Source: Clostridia bacterium (lineage in GTDB: Bacteria > Bacillota > Clostridia > UMGS1883 > UMGS1540). Taken from it: 64,000 nucleotides of DNA. The DNA lies in assembly GCA_045533905.1 (NCBI GenBank), contig JAZSIR010000003.1, positions 1 to 64,000 on the forward strand, given 5' to 3'. The position numbers and the translations under genes are program-made. Of this stretch, positions 63,209-64,000 are shown in pieces. The notes beneath the pieces are model-generated. The model worked only from the letters and a program-made list of their open reading frames with translations, was not told the DNA's origin and searched no databases. Numbering within the stretch: position 1 is the stretch's first letter; every line of letters begins with the position of its first letter.

Positions 63209-64000
63209 ACCCGAGACCTCCTAACTCATAAATAAATACTTCCTCAAGCGTAAGGCTGATGCGCTCGCAAAGAAGCGGTTTTCTTTCAGAAAGTGCCGCG
63301 GCCGCTTCGTCGCCCTTTGCGATAACCGTGTATACAGAGCCGGTTTTCGAAATATGTAAAAGCCCCGGAAGCGATTCTAAAAAGGCATGCGCGTCTTCTT
63401 CGAACGAAACCTGAAATTTGCAAACACCGCCGCGCACTTCATCGAGCGGCTTTTCAAGAAGCAGCTTCCCTTCATGGATAATGCCCACATAATCGCAGAT
63501 ATCTTCAAGCTCGCGAAGATTGTGGGAGGAGACCAAAACGGTAAGTTCGCGGTCCGCAACGTCCGCAATCACAAGATTTAAAATCTGCTTTCGCATAACG
63601 GGGTCAAGCCCGTCGAGCGGCTCGTCTAAAATCAGCACTTCGGGCATCGAAGAAAGGGAGAGCCAGAAGGCGACCTGTCTTCTCTGTCCTTTCGAGAGCT
63701 TTCGGATTTGCTTTTTCTCATCGAGATGAAACACCTCACGAAGCTTTTCGTAGCGCTCCGTACTAAAGGCAGAATACGTATCTTTATAAAAAGCGGCCAT
63801 TTGTTTTATGGTGTAGGTGCCGAAAAAGTACCAGTCATCGGCAATGCTTAAAATCTTTTCTTTTATGGCGGTGTTTTCATATACCGCTTCGCCGCCGACT
63901 GTGATTTCGCCGCCCTCGGGGCGCATCGCGCCTATGATGTGGTTTATAATCGTTGTTTTACCCGCACCGTTCGGGCCGATAAGGCCGTAAATGGCGCCTT
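63183..64000 (-). CDS. ABC transporter ATP-binding protein (YtrB-like), 5' end outside the window
   Basis: Frame open to the edge: GAIYGLIGPNGAGKTT, LSKGQ, LILDEPLDGLDP, SSHNL. Confidence 0.9.
   Translation of the reverse strand, partial: GAIYGLIGPNGAGKTTIINHIIGAMRPEGGEITVGGEAVYENTAIKEKILSIADDWYFFGTYTIKQMAAFYKDTYSAFSTERYEKLREVFHLDEKKQIRKLSKGQRRQVAFWLSLSSMPEVLILDEPLDGLDPVMRKQILNLVIADVADRELTVLVSSHNLRELEDICDYVGIIHEGKLLLEKPLDEVRGGVCKFQVSFEEDAHAFLESLPGLLHISKTGSVYTVIAKGDEAAAALSERKPLLCERISLTLEEVFIYELGGLGYDFKNIIF

Overview
A 64 kb stretch of core chromosome from a spore-forming Clostridia-like Firmicute (SASP, spoIIIAA, a LysM-GH18 spore hydrolase, sigmaA and sporulation-type promoters, a T-box). 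It opens in the left end of an IS3/IS150-type insertion sequence (1-139). Then come patatin-comEC; a murJ-DUF5693-csaB cell-wall polymer locus; a decayed AraC-linked catabolic locus; a Trp-specifier T-box driving a lone trpB2; uxaC; a four-gene GGDEF/EAL-adenosine deaminase-phosphodiester glycosidase-acyltransferase run; and a LacI-linked divergon with GH116, a ceramidase-like protein and a NagA-like protein. The standout is a 13-gene, 12.5 kb operon (36185-48672): mdh-hdrBCA-flxDCBA(mvhD-like)-frdBA(soluble)-AspT/YidE transporter-fumAB. A near-perfect Rex box lies on its promoter. It looks like a complete NADH-sensed oxaloacetate-to-succinate module in which fumarate reduction is coupled to flavin-based electron bifurcation. 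The rest is hup, a repeat-rich intergenic region, sasp, mutS-queT-imm, lon, an isolated spoIIIAA, nadK-argR-recN-ABC-F and a partial ABC transporter. All calls come from motif recognition by eye; no database search was run. Several starts were moved from the ORF track to RBS-supported codons.
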